Positions 21,422 to 30,630 of a stretch of 64,000 nucleotides of DNA are shown piece after piece. Under the pieces are notes generated by a model. The model was not told where the DNA came from. It did no database searches and was given only the letters and a program-made list of their open reading frames with translations. Both the position numbers and the translations under genes were made by a program. Each line of letters starts with the position of its first letter. Position 1 is the stretch's first letter. The stretch comes from Actinomycetota bacterium. GTDB taxonomy: Bacteria > Actinomycetota > Acidimicrobiia > Acidimicrobiales > VFJN01. The stretch spans positions 28,593 through 92,592 of the forward strand of contig VFJN01000022.1 in assembly GCA_009886035.1 (NCBI GenBank). The letters are read 5' to 3'.

Positions 21422-22165
21422 ATGGACGATCTCGTGGGAGTGGTGCTGGCGGCGGGAGCGGGCGCTCGTCTTCGTCCCCTCACCCGCGGGCGGCCCAAGG
21501 CCCTGTGCCCGGTCGGTAATGTGCCGCTGGTCGATCTCGCCGTGCAGCGAGTGCGGCCGGCCGTGGCGGAGGTGGCGGTGAACCTGCACCATGGCGGACG
21601 CGCCCTGGATGACCATCTCCCGCCCGAGGTGCACCGCTCCTGGGAGAAGGCCGAGCCACTCGGCACCGCCGGTGCCCTCGGCCTGATGCGGCCATGGCTC
21701 GATGGTCGCCCGGTGCTGGTGGTGAACGCCGATGCCTGGTGTCCGGGCTCACTGGCGGGTTTCGTGGACGGGTGGGACGGGGAGCGCATCCGGCTCTTGG
21801 TGGCGGGGGAGGACGTATTGCACCCCCGCAGCGCCATCGCCGGGGCGCTGATGCCGTGGTCGGAGGTGGCCCTCATGGCGGCCGAGCCCACCGGGTTATA
21901 CGAGGTGTCCTGGCGGGAGGCACACGGGCAGGGCCGGGTGGAGGTGGTGCGCCACGACGGCTCCTTCGTGGATTGTGGCACTCCGGCCGAATACTTGGCG
22001 GCCAACCTGCTCGCCAGTGGGGGCCACAGCGTGGTGGAGGACGGGGCCGAGGTGGATGGGCTGCTCGATGAATGTGTGGTGTGGTCCGGCGCGGTGGTTC
22101 ACCGGCAGGAATCGCTCCGTCGGGCAATCCGACTGCCGGGCGGGATCACCGTGCTGGTGCGCTGA
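21422..22165 (+). CDS. sugar-phosphate nucleotidyltransferase family protein
   Basis: ATG at 21422. N-terminal GVVLAAGAGARLRPLTRGRPKALCPV signature. Confidence 0.7.
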   Translation: MDDLVGVVLAAGAGARLRPLTRGRPKALCPVGNVPLVDLAVQRVRPAVAEVAVNLHHGGRALDDHLPPEVHRSWEKAEPLGTAGALGLMRPWLDGRPVLVVNADAWCPGSLAGFVDGWDGERIRLLVAGEDVLHPRSAIAGALMPWSEVALMAAEPTGLYEVSWREAHGQGRVEVVRHDGSFVDCGTPAEYLAANLLASGGHSVVEDGAEVDGLLDECVVWSGAVVHRQESLRRAIRLPGGITVLVR

Positions 22166-23245
22166 TCAGGCCCGCGGCGCGCGAGGGCGGATCGTCACGG
22201 GGGCGGTGCCGGCGTGGGTGGCCCGCAGTTGGCCGCAGGCGGCGTCGATCTCGGTACCGCGGGTGCGACGGACGGTGGCGTTCACGCCGTGGCGACGGAG
22301 TTGGTCGCAGAACTCGCGCACGCGGCGCGCCGGAGTGCCGCGCACCGCATAGCCCGGCGTGGGATTCAGCGGGATCAGGTTGACATGGGCGGGGAGCGGA
22401 AGGGACCGGGCTCGCTCACTGAGCAACTCGGCGTCGCGGTCCCGGTCGTTCACCCCGTCGATGAGGGCCCACTCGAATGACAAGCGCCGACCTTTGATGG
22501 AGAGGTAGTCCGCACAGGCATCCATCAAGACGCTGAGGGGGTAGCGCTTATTGATCGGCACCAGGTCGTCGCGCAGGTCGTCGTCGGCGGCGTGGAGGGA
22601 AACGGCCAGGTTCACCGGGAGCGCCTCGGTCGTTAGTTTTCGGATCCCCGGCACGATGCCCACGGTGGACACGGTGAGGTGGCGGGCCGAGAGCCCGATA
22701 TCGCCGTGGAGGCGCTCCACGGAGGCCCAGGTGGCGTCGTAGTTGGCGAGGGGCTCGCCCATCCCCATGTAGACCACGTTGGACAGGCGTCGACCGTCAT
22801 CGAGGGCACGCCGGCCGGCCCGCACCACCTGTTCCACGATCTCCCCCGCGGTGAGGTGACGGTCGAATCCAGCCTGCCCGGTGGCACAGAACCCGCACCC
22901 CATGGCGCAGCCCGCCTGGCTCGACACGCACACCGTGGAGCGCTCGGCGTAATGCATGAGCACCGTTTCGACCTGCATCCCATCGCGTAGTTCCCATAGC
23001 CACTTCACCGTGTCGCCACCGTCGCTGGTGGATTCGGTCACCACCTCAAGAGCTAGGGGCAGGGCCTCGGCCACTTCGGCGCGCAGTGTCTTGGGTACGG
23101 CGGTGAGTTCCGACGGGTCGGCGAAGTGTTCGTAGAGTCCCGACCAAACCTGGTCCAGCCGGTATGCCGGTTGCCCGGCCAGCACCGTGGCGAGGTCGGC
23201 TCGGCTGGCGCCATAGCGAGTGGGAGTGGGAGTAGGGGTGGTCAT
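22166..23245 (-). CDS. rlmN: radical SAM 23S rRNA (A2503-C2)/tRNA methyltransferase
   Basis: ATG at 23245. CVSSQAGCAMGCGFCATG radical-SAM cluster motif and C-terminal GTEIDAACGQL. Confidence 0.9.
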   Translation of the reverse strand: MTTPTPTPTRYGASRADLATVLAGQPAYRLDQVWSGLYEHFADPSELTAVPKTLRAEVAEALPLALEVVTESTSDGGDTVKWLWELRDGMQVETVLMHYAERSTVCVSSQAGCAMGCGFCATGQAGFDRHLTAGEIVEQVVRAGRRALDDGRRLSNVVYMGMGEPLANYDATWASVERLHGDIGLSARHLTVSTVGIVPGIRKLTTEALPVNLAVSLHAADDDLRDDLVPINKRYPLSVLMDACADYLSIKGRRLSFEWALIDGVNDRDRDAELLSERARSLPLPAHVNLIPLNPTPGYAVRGTPARRVREFCDQLRRHGVNATVRRTRGTEIDAACGQLRATHAGTAPVTIRPRAPRA

Positions 23246-23961
23246 GGGGGCGAGACATCGATCACGTAGTTGACCTCGGTGTGGTCGATCTCGAATCCCA
23301 ACCGACGATAAAGGGCCAGGGCGGCGGTGTTGGTGTCTTCGACATGGAGCATTCCCCATTCCATGCCGGCCTCATGGAGGTGGTCGAGGCCCGCCAGGAT
23401 CAGGGCACGCCCCAGACCGACGCCCTGGGCGCCGGGGTCGATGGCAATGACATAGATCTCTCCCAGGGGAGGCTCGTGGTGGTGATGTACCTTCGTCCAG
23501 CAGAAGCCATCGATGGTGCCGTCAGACTCGTGGAGCAGAAATCCGGCGGAGTCGTACCACCCTTCGGCTTGGCGGATGAGGAGATCCTCCAGGGTCCACC
23601 CGGCTTGTTCGGGGTGCCACGAGAAGGCCCGGTTGTTCACCGCCAGCCACTGCTGCTCGTCCTGGCCCACCACGAACGGACGCGTGGCGAGGTCGTAGGG
23701 AATGCCTACCGGGAGGGTGAGGCGCATCTGGTGGAGGTGGCGATCGGCGCGGAACCCCATGCTCGCCGCCGGCGATCCCTGGGCGGGGCCCCAGTGGCGA
23801 GCGCGGCCTCCACCCTGGCTGGCCACATAGGCCAAAGCGGCGGCCAGCAGGGGGGTGATGGCGGCGTCGCCGAGACCGGGATCGACCTCGATCGCCCATT
23901 CGGTGCCGCTCCGGCGCACCCGAGCCCCTCCCGCGGCGACAGAGATCTCAAACGGGGGCAT
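23242..23961 (-). CDS. mshD: MshD-like GNAT acetyltransferase (mycothiol synthase-like, short N-terminal domain)
   Basis: C-terminal domain motifs match my recollection of MshD (WLAVNNRAFSWHPEQAGWTLEDL; GFCWTKVH; GEIYVIAIDPGAQGVGLGRAL). The stop overlaps the rlmN start (ATGA). Confidence 0.6.
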   Translation of the reverse strand: MPPFEISVAAGGARVRRSGTEWAIEVDPGLGDAAITPLLAAALAYVASQGGGRARHWGPAQGSPAASMGFRADRHLHQMRLTLPVGIPYDLATRPFVVGQDEQQWLAVNNRAFSWHPEQAGWTLEDLLIRQAEGWYDSAGFLLHESDGTIDGFCWTKVHHHHEPPLGEIYVIAIDPGAQGVGLGRALILAGLDHLHEAGMEWGMLHVEDTNTAALALYRRLGFEIDHTEVNYVIDVSPP

Positions 23962-23996
23962 ACCTCCACCGTACCGGTGTGTACCCTCCACCACCG

Positions 23997-24677
23997 ATGC
24001 CCGCTGCCGCCCCTCCGCCTCCTTCCCGCTCCCCGCGTAGTGCGGCGGGGCGGGCCCGGCGCACCCATGAGCGCCTCGGGGTGGAGTTCCCCGGGACGGC
24101 CCAAGACCTGTGCGCCCTCACCCATCGCAATCCCTACGAGCTTTTGGCGGCCACGATCTTGTCGGCCCAGTGCACCGATGAGCGGGTGAACATGGTCACC
24201 CCTGGTCTCTTCGCCCGCTACCCCACGCCGGCCTCCCTCGCCGACGCCGAACCGGCGGCAGTTGAGGACCTCGTGCGGTCCACCGGCTTCTACCGCAACA
24301 AAACCAAGAGCCTCCTCGGGATGGCCGTGGCCGTCGTGGAGCGGTTCGACGGTGTGGTGCCGAGCACCATGGCCGATCTGGTGAGCCTCCCGGGGGTGGG
24401 CCGAAAGACGGCCAATGTGGTGCGCAGCGTGGCCATGGACCGGCCCGGCCTGCCGGTGGATACCCACGTGGGGAGGTTGGCGCGCCGCCTCGGCCTCACC
24501 ACCGAGACGGATCCGGTAAAGGTGGAACGGGAGCTGAACCCCATGGTGCCCGCCGCCGAGCGGGGGATGTTCAGCCTTCGCCTCATTCTGCACGGACGGG
24601 CGGTGTGCTCCGCCCGGCGGCCCCGTTGCGGAGAGTGCGGCTTGGCCGATTTTTGCCCGAGCGCTGGGATCGGCTGA
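23997..24677 (+). CDS. nth: endonuclease III
   Basis: HhH-GPD motifs (LPGVGRKTANVV, VDTHV) and the C-terminal 4Fe-4S Cys cluster CSARRPRCGECGLADFC. Confidence 0.9.
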   Translation: MPAAAPPPPSRSPRSAAGRARRTHERLGVEFPGTAQDLCALTHRNPYELLAATILSAQCTDERVNMVTPGLFARYPTPASLADAEPAAVEDLVRSTGFYRNKTKSLLGMAVAVVERFDGVVPSTMADLVSLPGVGRKTANVVRSVAMDRPGLPVDTHVGRLARRLGLTTETDPVKVERELNPMVPAAERGMFSLRLILHGRAVCSARRPRCGECGLADFCPSAGIG

Positions 24678-24841
24678 GGCCGCCCCGCTGGCGGGGGGGG
24701 TCAGTAACGGCCCGGACGCGAAAAATGAGATGGTGGTGAGGAACCGAGAAAAAGCCAGATATCGTCATAGGGGCATGGCCGATCGGATTCGTCTGGTGGC
24801 CGGCATGTGACGTTGGGATCCGCCGCCCGGCGTCACCACGA

Positions 24842-24871
24842 ACGAGGGTGCTCTTTCGAGGGCACCCTCGT
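24842..24871. terminator. GC-rich hairpin between convergent nth and a small minus-strand ORF
   Basis: ACGAGGGTGC at 24842-24851 pairs with GCACCCTCGT at 24862-24871. No U-tract on either strand. Confidence 0.4.
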
Positions 24872-24901
24872 CGCGTTGGCTGGCGATTGAGCCTTCGGTG
24901 G

Positions 24902-25093
24902 TCAGTCCAACTTCGCCACTAGAGCCGCCAGCCTTCGGCTGGCGGCTTTGAGGCTGCGCTCCACGTCGAAAAGGTCCGCCGCCACGTTGGCCCGAGGCGA
25001 TCCCTGGAGGCCCTCGGCCAGGGCCGTAACGCGTTCGGTGAGTTCCTGCAGAGAACTCGACAGGGATGAGAGATGGGCGACGTCCAGATCCAT
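24902..25093 (-). CDS. small helical hypothetical protein (63 aa)
   Basis: ATG at 25093 with GGAAGG about 10 nt upstream. Predicted all-helical. No family recognised. Confidence 0.35.
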   Translation of the reverse strand: MDLDVAHLSSLSSSLQELTERVTALAEGLQGSPRANVAADLFDVERSLKAASRRLAALVAKLD

Positions 25094-25158
25094 TCCGTCA
25101 GCCTTCCAGACCAAACCGGTTTCGGGCCTCTCCCAGTGCGCATCTATCCTGGGGCCTC

Positions 25159-26451
25159 GTGCTACAGCGTCTCGATCTCCGTGGGGTTTCTGGCGATTTT
25201 CGTGGGGTGCTACCCCGACCGACGGCGCAAATTGAGCCACCGATTGATCAAGTGCGGGCCATTCTGGCCGAAGTAGCCCAACGGGGCGACGTGGCCCTGC
25301 GCGAGATGACTCAGCGCTTCGACGGCGCCGTGATCGATGAGTTGCGGGTGCCGTCGGCCGCGCTGCAGGTGGCGCTGGCGGGGATCCCGCCGGATCTCAG
25401 GGCCGCCTTGGAGGTGGCCCATCGGAACATCACCGCCTACCACCAGTCCCAACGTCACCCCGACGCGCAACACCAAAATGGTGCCATCGCCGTTCGTGAA
25501 ATGCAGCGGCCGGTGGATCGGGTGGCGTGCTACGTGCCGTCGGCGCTCGCTCCCTTGGTGTCCACCGTGTTGATGACGGTGATCCCTGCGAAGGTGGCCG
25601 GGGTGGCCGAGGTGGTCCTCGTCACCTCGCCGCGTCCCGACGGCACCGTTTCCCCGGGCATCCTGGCAGCGGCCGCCCTGGCGGGGGTGGATGAGTTGTA
25701 TCGCGTTGGCGGCCCGGCGGTGATCGGCGCGCTCGCCTACGGCACCGAATCGATTCAGCCCGTCGACGTGATCGTCGGACCAGGGAGTGCTCGCGTCGCG
25801 CAGGCCAAACGGGAAGTCGCATCCTCGGGGTTGGTGGGTGTGCCCTCGGCCTTCGCCGGACCGTCCGAGGTGGTGGTGATAGCCGATGACACCACGCCGA
25901 TCAGCTACGCCGCCATTGATCTGGTGCTGCAAGCCGAACACGGCCCCGACGGTCTGGCCTGGCTCATTACCTGGGACGAGGCAGTAGCGGACGGCGTGGC
26001 GGCGGCGGTGGCGGAGATCGTGCCGCACTCGCCCCGGCGAGAGTATCTCGAGGCCACCCTGGCCGAGGGGGGCTACGTGGTGTTGGTGGATGGTCCCGAG
26101 CAGGCCATGGCGGTGGCGAACGCCATTGCCCCGGAACACCTGGAGTTGCTCGTCGAGGACAGCGATGCCCTGCTGGCCATGGTCCGTCACGCCGGGGCCG
26201 TGTTCTGCGGCCCCTTCGCGCCGGCGTCGCTGGGCGACTATCTCGCCGGTCCTAACCACGTCCTCCCCACTTACGGATCGGCCCGGTTCTCCGGTGCGCT
26301 GAGGGTTGATGATTTCCTCAAGCATGTCCACGTCGTGTCGGTTGACCAGGCCGGCCTGGCCACCGTGGGGGAGCACGTCATCGCCCTGGCCACCTACGAG
26401 GGCCTTCCCGCCCACGCCGAGTCGATCCGCATCCGCCAGGGTCCGACATGA
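25159..26451 (+). CDS. hisD: histidinol dehydrogenase
   Basis: GTG at 25159 gives the (V)LQRLDLRG N-terminus. QAEHGPDG and IAPEHLEL motifs. Confidence 0.9.
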   Translation: MLQRLDLRGVSGDFRGVLPRPTAQIEPPIDQVRAILAEVAQRGDVALREMTQRFDGAVIDELRVPSAALQVALAGIPPDLRAALEVAHRNITAYHQSQRHPDAQHQNGAIAVREMQRPVDRVACYVPSALAPLVSTVLMTVIPAKVAGVAEVVLVTSPRPDGTVSPGILAAAALAGVDELYRVGGPAVIGALAYGTESIQPVDVIVGPGSARVAQAKREVASSGLVGVPSAFAGPSEVVVIADDTTPISYAAIDLVLQAEHGPDGLAWLITWDEAVADGVAAAVAEIVPHSPRREYLEATLAEGGYVVLVDGPEQAMAVANAIAPEHLELLVEDSDALLAMVRHAGAVFCGPFAPASLGDYLAGPNHVLPTYGSARFSGALRVDDFLKHVHVVSVDQAGLATVGEHVIALATYEGLPAHAESIRIRQGPT

Positions 26452-27503
26452 TCACCCCGCGACCGGATCTTGCGCCGTTGGAGGGGTACCACTCGGCTCA
26501 GGTGTCGGTGGCAGTGCGACTCAACACCAACGAGGCCCCCGAGCCGCCGCCGAGTGGGTTCACCGACGCGTTGGCGGCGGAGATCGCCACGTTGGCGTGG
26601 CACCGCTATCCCGACCGTTCCTACACCGCGCTGCGGAGGGCGATCGCCGCTCATCACGGCGTCGATCCCGCCCAGGTCTTTGCGGCCAACGGATCCAACG
26701 AGGTCCTCCAGACACTCTGCCTGGCCTACGGCGGTCCGGGCCGGTCGGTGGCCGTGTTCGAACCGACCTATGCCTTGCATAGCCACATTGCTCGCATCAC
26801 CGGCACCGGGGTGGCGGTCGGGGAACGCACCGCCGAGTTTGCCTTGGACCTCGCCGAAGTAGAGCGCGTCACCCGTGAAGCGCAACCGGCTATCACCTTT
26901 CTCTGTTCGCCGAACAACCCCACCGGGATGGTCGAGGACGAAGCCACGGTGCGCGCCGTGTTGCGTGAGGTGCCCGGGGTGCTGGTGGTGGACGAGGCCT
27001 ACGGTCAGTTCGCCCCCTGGAGTGCGCTGGCGTTGGTGGAGGAAGACGTGCCACTGGTCGTTACCCGCACCTACTCCAAGACGTGGTCGATGGCGGCCGC
27101 TCGCCTCGGCTATCTGATCGGTCCCCGCTCGCTGGTGGCCCAACTCGACCAGGTCGTGCTTCCCTATCACCTCGATGCGGTGAAGCAGGTGGCCGGTCGC
27201 TTGGCCCTGGACTACCTCGACGCCATGGAGGCCCGCACGGCGGCCCTGGTGTCGATGCGGGCGGAGGTGGTGGACCGACTGACGAATCTTCCCGTCACGG
27301 TGTGGCCCTCGGCCGCCAATTTCGTGCTCTTCCGGCCCGAGGAACGCCCCGGTGATGCCGTGTGGCAGGCCTTACTCGAGCAGTCGGTCCTCGTCCGGAA
27401 TTGTTCGTCGTGGCCTCGCCTCCAAGGCTGCCTCCGTGTCACGATCGGGACCGCGGCCGAGAACGATGCCTTTATCGCCGCCCTGGAGGTAGCCCTCAGA
27501 TGA
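26448..27503 (+). CDS. hisC: histidinol-phosphate aminotransferase
   Basis: ATGA overlap with hisD. LNTNE, NPTG and the YSKTW (PLP lysine) motifs. Confidence 0.9.
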   Translation: MITPRPDLAPLEGYHSAQVSVAVRLNTNEAPEPPPSGFTDALAAEIATLAWHRYPDRSYTALRRAIAAHHGVDPAQVFAANGSNEVLQTLCLAYGGPGRSVAVFEPTYALHSHIARITGTGVAVGERTAEFALDLAEVERVTREAQPAITFLCSPNNPTGMVEDEATVRAVLREVPGVLVVDEAYGQFAPWSALALVEEDVPLVVTRTYSKTWSMAAARLGYLIGPRSLVAQLDQVVLPYHLDAVKQVAGRLALDYLDAMEARTAALVSMRAEVVDRLTNLPVTVWPSAANFVLFRPEERPGDAVWQALLEQSVLVRNCSSWPRLQGCLRVTIGTAAENDAFIAALEVALR

Positions 27504-28093
27504 GCCGATCAGCCCGCAAACAGCGCACCACGAAGGAGACGACGATCTCCGTGGCGCTCGACCTCGATGGCGCCGACGGGGAGGTGTCGGCCACCACCGG
27601 CCTCCCGTTTTTCGACCACATGCTCGACCAACTTGGTCGTCACGGGGGCTTCGGTCTCGTGGTGGAGGCCACCGGTGATCTGCAGGTAGACGGGCATCAC
27701 ACGGTGGAGGATGTGGCCATCACCATCGGTGAGGTATTCCGCCAAGCGATTGGCGACAAAGCCGGGGTGCGTCGCTTTGCCAGCGGGTTGTTCCCCCTCG
27801 ACGAGGCGTTGATCGAGGTGGCCCTGGATCTTTCGGGCCGTCCTTTCATCGCCTACGACGTGCCCTTCGGTGAGGTGCTTCCCCTCGGTGACCCGCCGTT
27901 CAACCCCGAGATGGCCGAGCATTTCTGGCAGTCCTTCGCTACGGCGGCCGGTATCACGTTGCACATCCGCCTGCGGGAGGGGCGCAACACGCATCACATC
28001 GTGGAGGCCACCTTCAAGGGCGTGGCCCGCTGTCTGCGCGACGCGGTGCGCCTCGACGGTGGCGGCGTGCCGAGCACCAAGGGCGTGATCTAG
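27500..28093 (+). CDS. hisB: imidazoleglycerol-phosphate dehydratase
   Basis: ATGA overlap with hisC. RTTKETTISV, DHMLDQL, DGHHTVEDV and NTHHIVEA motifs. Confidence 0.9.
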   Translation: MSRSARKQRTTKETTISVALDLDGADGEVSATTGLPFFDHMLDQLGRHGGFGLVVEATGDLQVDGHHTVEDVAITIGEVFRQAIGDKAGVRRFASGLFPLDEALIEVALDLSGRPFIAYDVPFGEVLPLGDPPFNPEMAEHFWQSFATAAGITLHIRLREGRNTHHIVEATFKGVARCLRDAVRLDGGGVPSTKGVI

Positions 28094-28095
28094 GG

Positions 28096-28725
28096 GTGAC
28101 GCTCATCGCTGTTCTCGACTACGAGATCGGCAATCTGCGCTCGGCTCAGAAGGCGTTGCAGTTCCTGGGGGCCGACGCCCGTCTCACCTCCGACCCGGGC
28201 CTGATCCGGGAGGCCTCGGGGATAGTGCTCCCCGGGGTGGGGGCCTTCGGTGCCTGCATGGATGCGGTACGCGGCGCCGGCCTGGAGCCGTTGGTGCACG
28301 ACGCCGTAGGCGCGCAGGTGCCGTTTCTCGGAATCTGCGTTGGTATGCAGATGTTGTTCGAGGCCTCGGAGGAAACGGCCGGGGCCACCGGCTTGGGGAT
28401 TTTCCCCGGCACACTGCGCTTGCTCAGCGGTCCCCTCAAGCGCCCCCAGATGCAGTGGAATCTCCTCGAGCGCCGCGGCAACCCGCCGTTGCTGCGCCTC
28501 GCCCCTGATCCGGCGTGGGCCTATTTCGTGCACTCCTATGCCGTGGATACCGAAGACGCCTTCATCACCGCCACGGTGGACTACGGCGGGCCGGTGGTGG
28601 CATCGGTGGGCCGAGGGTCGGTGTGGGCTACGCAATTTCACCCGGAGAAGTCGGCCCGGACCGGCCTGGCGGTACTCCAGGCCTTCGTCGAGCGATGCGC
28701 CGCCACTGTGACCGTGTCGGGTTGA
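28096..28725 (+). CDS. hisH: imidazole glycerol phosphate synthase, glutamine amidotransferase subunit
   Basis: GTG start. LPGVGAFG, GICVGMQ (catalytic Cys) and QFHPEKS. Confidence 0.9.
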   Translation: MTLIAVLDYEIGNLRSAQKALQFLGADARLTSDPGLIREASGIVLPGVGAFGACMDAVRGAGLEPLVHDAVGAQVPFLGICVGMQMLFEASEETAGATGLGIFPGTLRLLSGPLKRPQMQWNLLERRGNPPLLRLAPDPAWAYFVHSYAVDTEDAFITATVDYGGPVVASVGRGSVWATQFHPEKSARTGLAVLQAFVERCAATVTVSG

Positions 28726-29459
28726 TGCTGCTTTACCCGGCGATCGACCTGCACGGTGGCAAGGTCGTGCAACTGACTCAGGGCGATTTCTCGCGCCAAC
28801 AGATTCACGGTGACGATCCCGTGGCGGTAGCCCAGGCCTTCGTGGCGGCGGGCGCCCGGTGGATTCACACCGTGGACCTTGACGCGGCCCGCACCGGCGA
28901 GCCGGTGAATCGGTCCCTCATCGCCGCCATCGTCGCGGCAGTGGACGTCCCGGTGCAGGCGGGCGGCGGCGTGCGCAGTGTGGCGGCTGCCGCCGCGCTG
29001 GCCGAGGTTGGAGTGGCTCGCGTCATCATGGGCACCGCCGCCCTGGAGAACCCGGATCTGGTCGCCGCCATTGCCGCCCGCCAACGGGTGGCGCTGGGGC
29101 TCGACGTGCGGGGCCGTGAGGTTGCGGTGCGCGGGTGGGCGGAGGGATCGGGGGTGGAGTGGCCGGAGGCGCTGCGCCGATTGTCCGATGTTGGTGCGGA
29201 AGCGGTGGTGATAACCCAGATCGAGGGGGAGGGCCTCATGGAGGGCGCCGACACGGCCGGCTTGGCGGAAGTGCTGGGCGCCACCTCGCTGGAGGTCATT
29301 GCCTCCGGTGGGGTGGGCGACCTGGCGGACCTGCTGGCGCTCGATGCCGTCACGGCCGAGGGTCGGCGGTTGGCCGGGGCCATCGTGGGCACCGCAATCT
29401 ACGAAGGCCACCTCGACGTGGCCGAGGCCGTGGCGGCTCTGCAGGCCCGCCGGTCATGA
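28725..29459 (+). CDS. hisA: ProFAR isomerase (HisA/PriA family)
   Basis: ATG overlaps the hisH stop. [19 protein letters not shown] and [10 protein letters not shown] motifs. Contains LDVRG...VRGW. Confidence 0.85.
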   Translation: MLLYPAIDLHGGKVVQLTQGDFSRQQIHGDDPVAVAQAFVAAGARWIHTVDLDAARTGEPVNRSLIAAIVAAVDVPVQAGGGVRSVAAAAALAEVGVARVIMGTAALENPDLVAAIAARQRVALGLDVRGREVAVRGWAEGSGVEWPEALRRLSDVGAEAVVITQIEGEGLMEGADTAGLAEVLGATSLEVIASGGVGDLADLLALDAVTAEGRRLAGAIVGTAIYEGHLDVAEAVAALQARRS

Positions 29460-30217
29460 AGACCGCCCGCATCATTCCGTGTCTGGATGTGCACGCCGGT
29501 CGGGTGGTCAAGGGAGTGAACTTCGTGGATCTCATCGACGCGGGCGACCCGGTGGAGTTGGCCGCTCGTTACGACGCCGAGGGCGCCGACGAACTCGTGT
29601 TCTTGGACATCACCGCATCGTCGGAGGATCGGCACACCACCGTGGAGATGGCTGCCCGCGTGGCCGAGCAGGTCTTCATCCCCTTCACCATTGGCGGGGG
29701 GATCCGGTCGATGGCCGACGCCCGCCAGCTGCTGCGGGCCGGGGCCGACAAAGTATCGATCAACACTTCCGCCCTGGAGCGGCCGGCGCTCATTGGAGAG
29801 ATCGCCGGGGAGTTTGGCGTGCAGTGTTGCGTCGTGGCCATCGACGCCCGGCGCCGTCCGGATGGCTCGGCGGAGGTATTCATCCACGGTGGCCGCACCC
29901 CCACCGGTCGGGACGTACTGGAGTGGGCGAAGCAGGCCGAGGAACTCGGGGCAGGTGAAATCCTGCTCACCTCGATGGACCGCGACGGCACCAAGGTGGG
30001 TTTCGACACGGCCCTCACCGCGGCTGTGGCCGCGGCCGTGGGCGTCCCCATCATCGCCTCCGGCGGAGTGGGCACGCTGCAGCACCTCGTGGAGGGCGTG
30101 ACAATCGGCCGGGCCGACGGCGTGCTGGCCGCCTCGATCTTTCACTTCGAGGAGCACACCATTGCCGAAGCGAAAGCGGTGATGGCCGCCGCCGGGATTG
30201 CCGTCCGACCGGCCTAA
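29456..30217 (+). CDS. hisF: imidazole glycerol phosphate synthase, cyclase subunit
   Basis: ATGA overlap with his[21 protein letters not shown] and ASGGVG motifs. Confidence 0.9.
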   Translation: MKTARIIPCLDVHAGRVVKGVNFVDLIDAGDPVELAARYDAEGADELVFLDITASSEDRHTTVEMAARVAEQVFIPFTIGGGIRSMADARQLLRAGADKVSINTSALERPALIGEIAGEFGVQCCVVAIDARRRPDGSAEVFIHGGRTPTGRDVLEWAKQAEELGAGEILLTSMDRDGTKVGFDTALTAAVAAAVGVPIIASGGVGTLQHLVEGVTIGRADGVLAASIFHFEEHTIAEAKAVMAAAGIAVRPA

Positions 30218-30276
30218 GGGCGCTTCGGCGAGGTCGCGAGGTCGTCAGGGAGGGGCGGGGAACCTATCGTGGGGTT

Positions 30277-30609
30277 ATGGCCGCCTCCCGCAAGCGCGAC
30301 AAGCTGCCCATCAAGATGCTCAACGACCGCATCCTGGTCGACTTGAACCCAGAGGGTGAGCGGCGCAGTTCGGGTGGGATCCTCATTCCTGCCACGGCCG
30401 AGTTGAAGAAACGCCTCGTGTGGGGCGAGGTAGTGGCGGCCGGGCCGAGCGTCCGCACGATGGAGACGGGTGATCAGGTGCTGTTCAGCCCCGAGGACCG
30501 CTACGAGGTGGAGGTACGCGGCGACGACTACATCATCTTGCGCGAGCGCGACATCCACGCGGTGGCGGCGGAGCGCCTGGAGGAATCCGGTACCGGCCTC
30601 TACCTCTAG
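30277..30609 (+). CDS. divergent GroES (Cpn10)-fold protein with C-terminal tail ending GLYL
   Basis: IKMLNDRILV, SSGGILIP, GEVVAAGP and DYIILRERDIHAV line up by eye with Cpn10 blocks. An extra tail reads AAERLEESGTGLYL. Confidence 0.6.
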   Translation: MAASRKRDKLPIKMLNDRILVDLNPEGERRSSGGILIPATAELKKRLVWGEVVAAGPSVRTMETGDQVLFSPEDRYEVEVRGDDYIILRERDIHAVAAERLEESGTGLYL

Positions 30610-30630
30610 ACCGGCTGTCGCTCGCGACCC

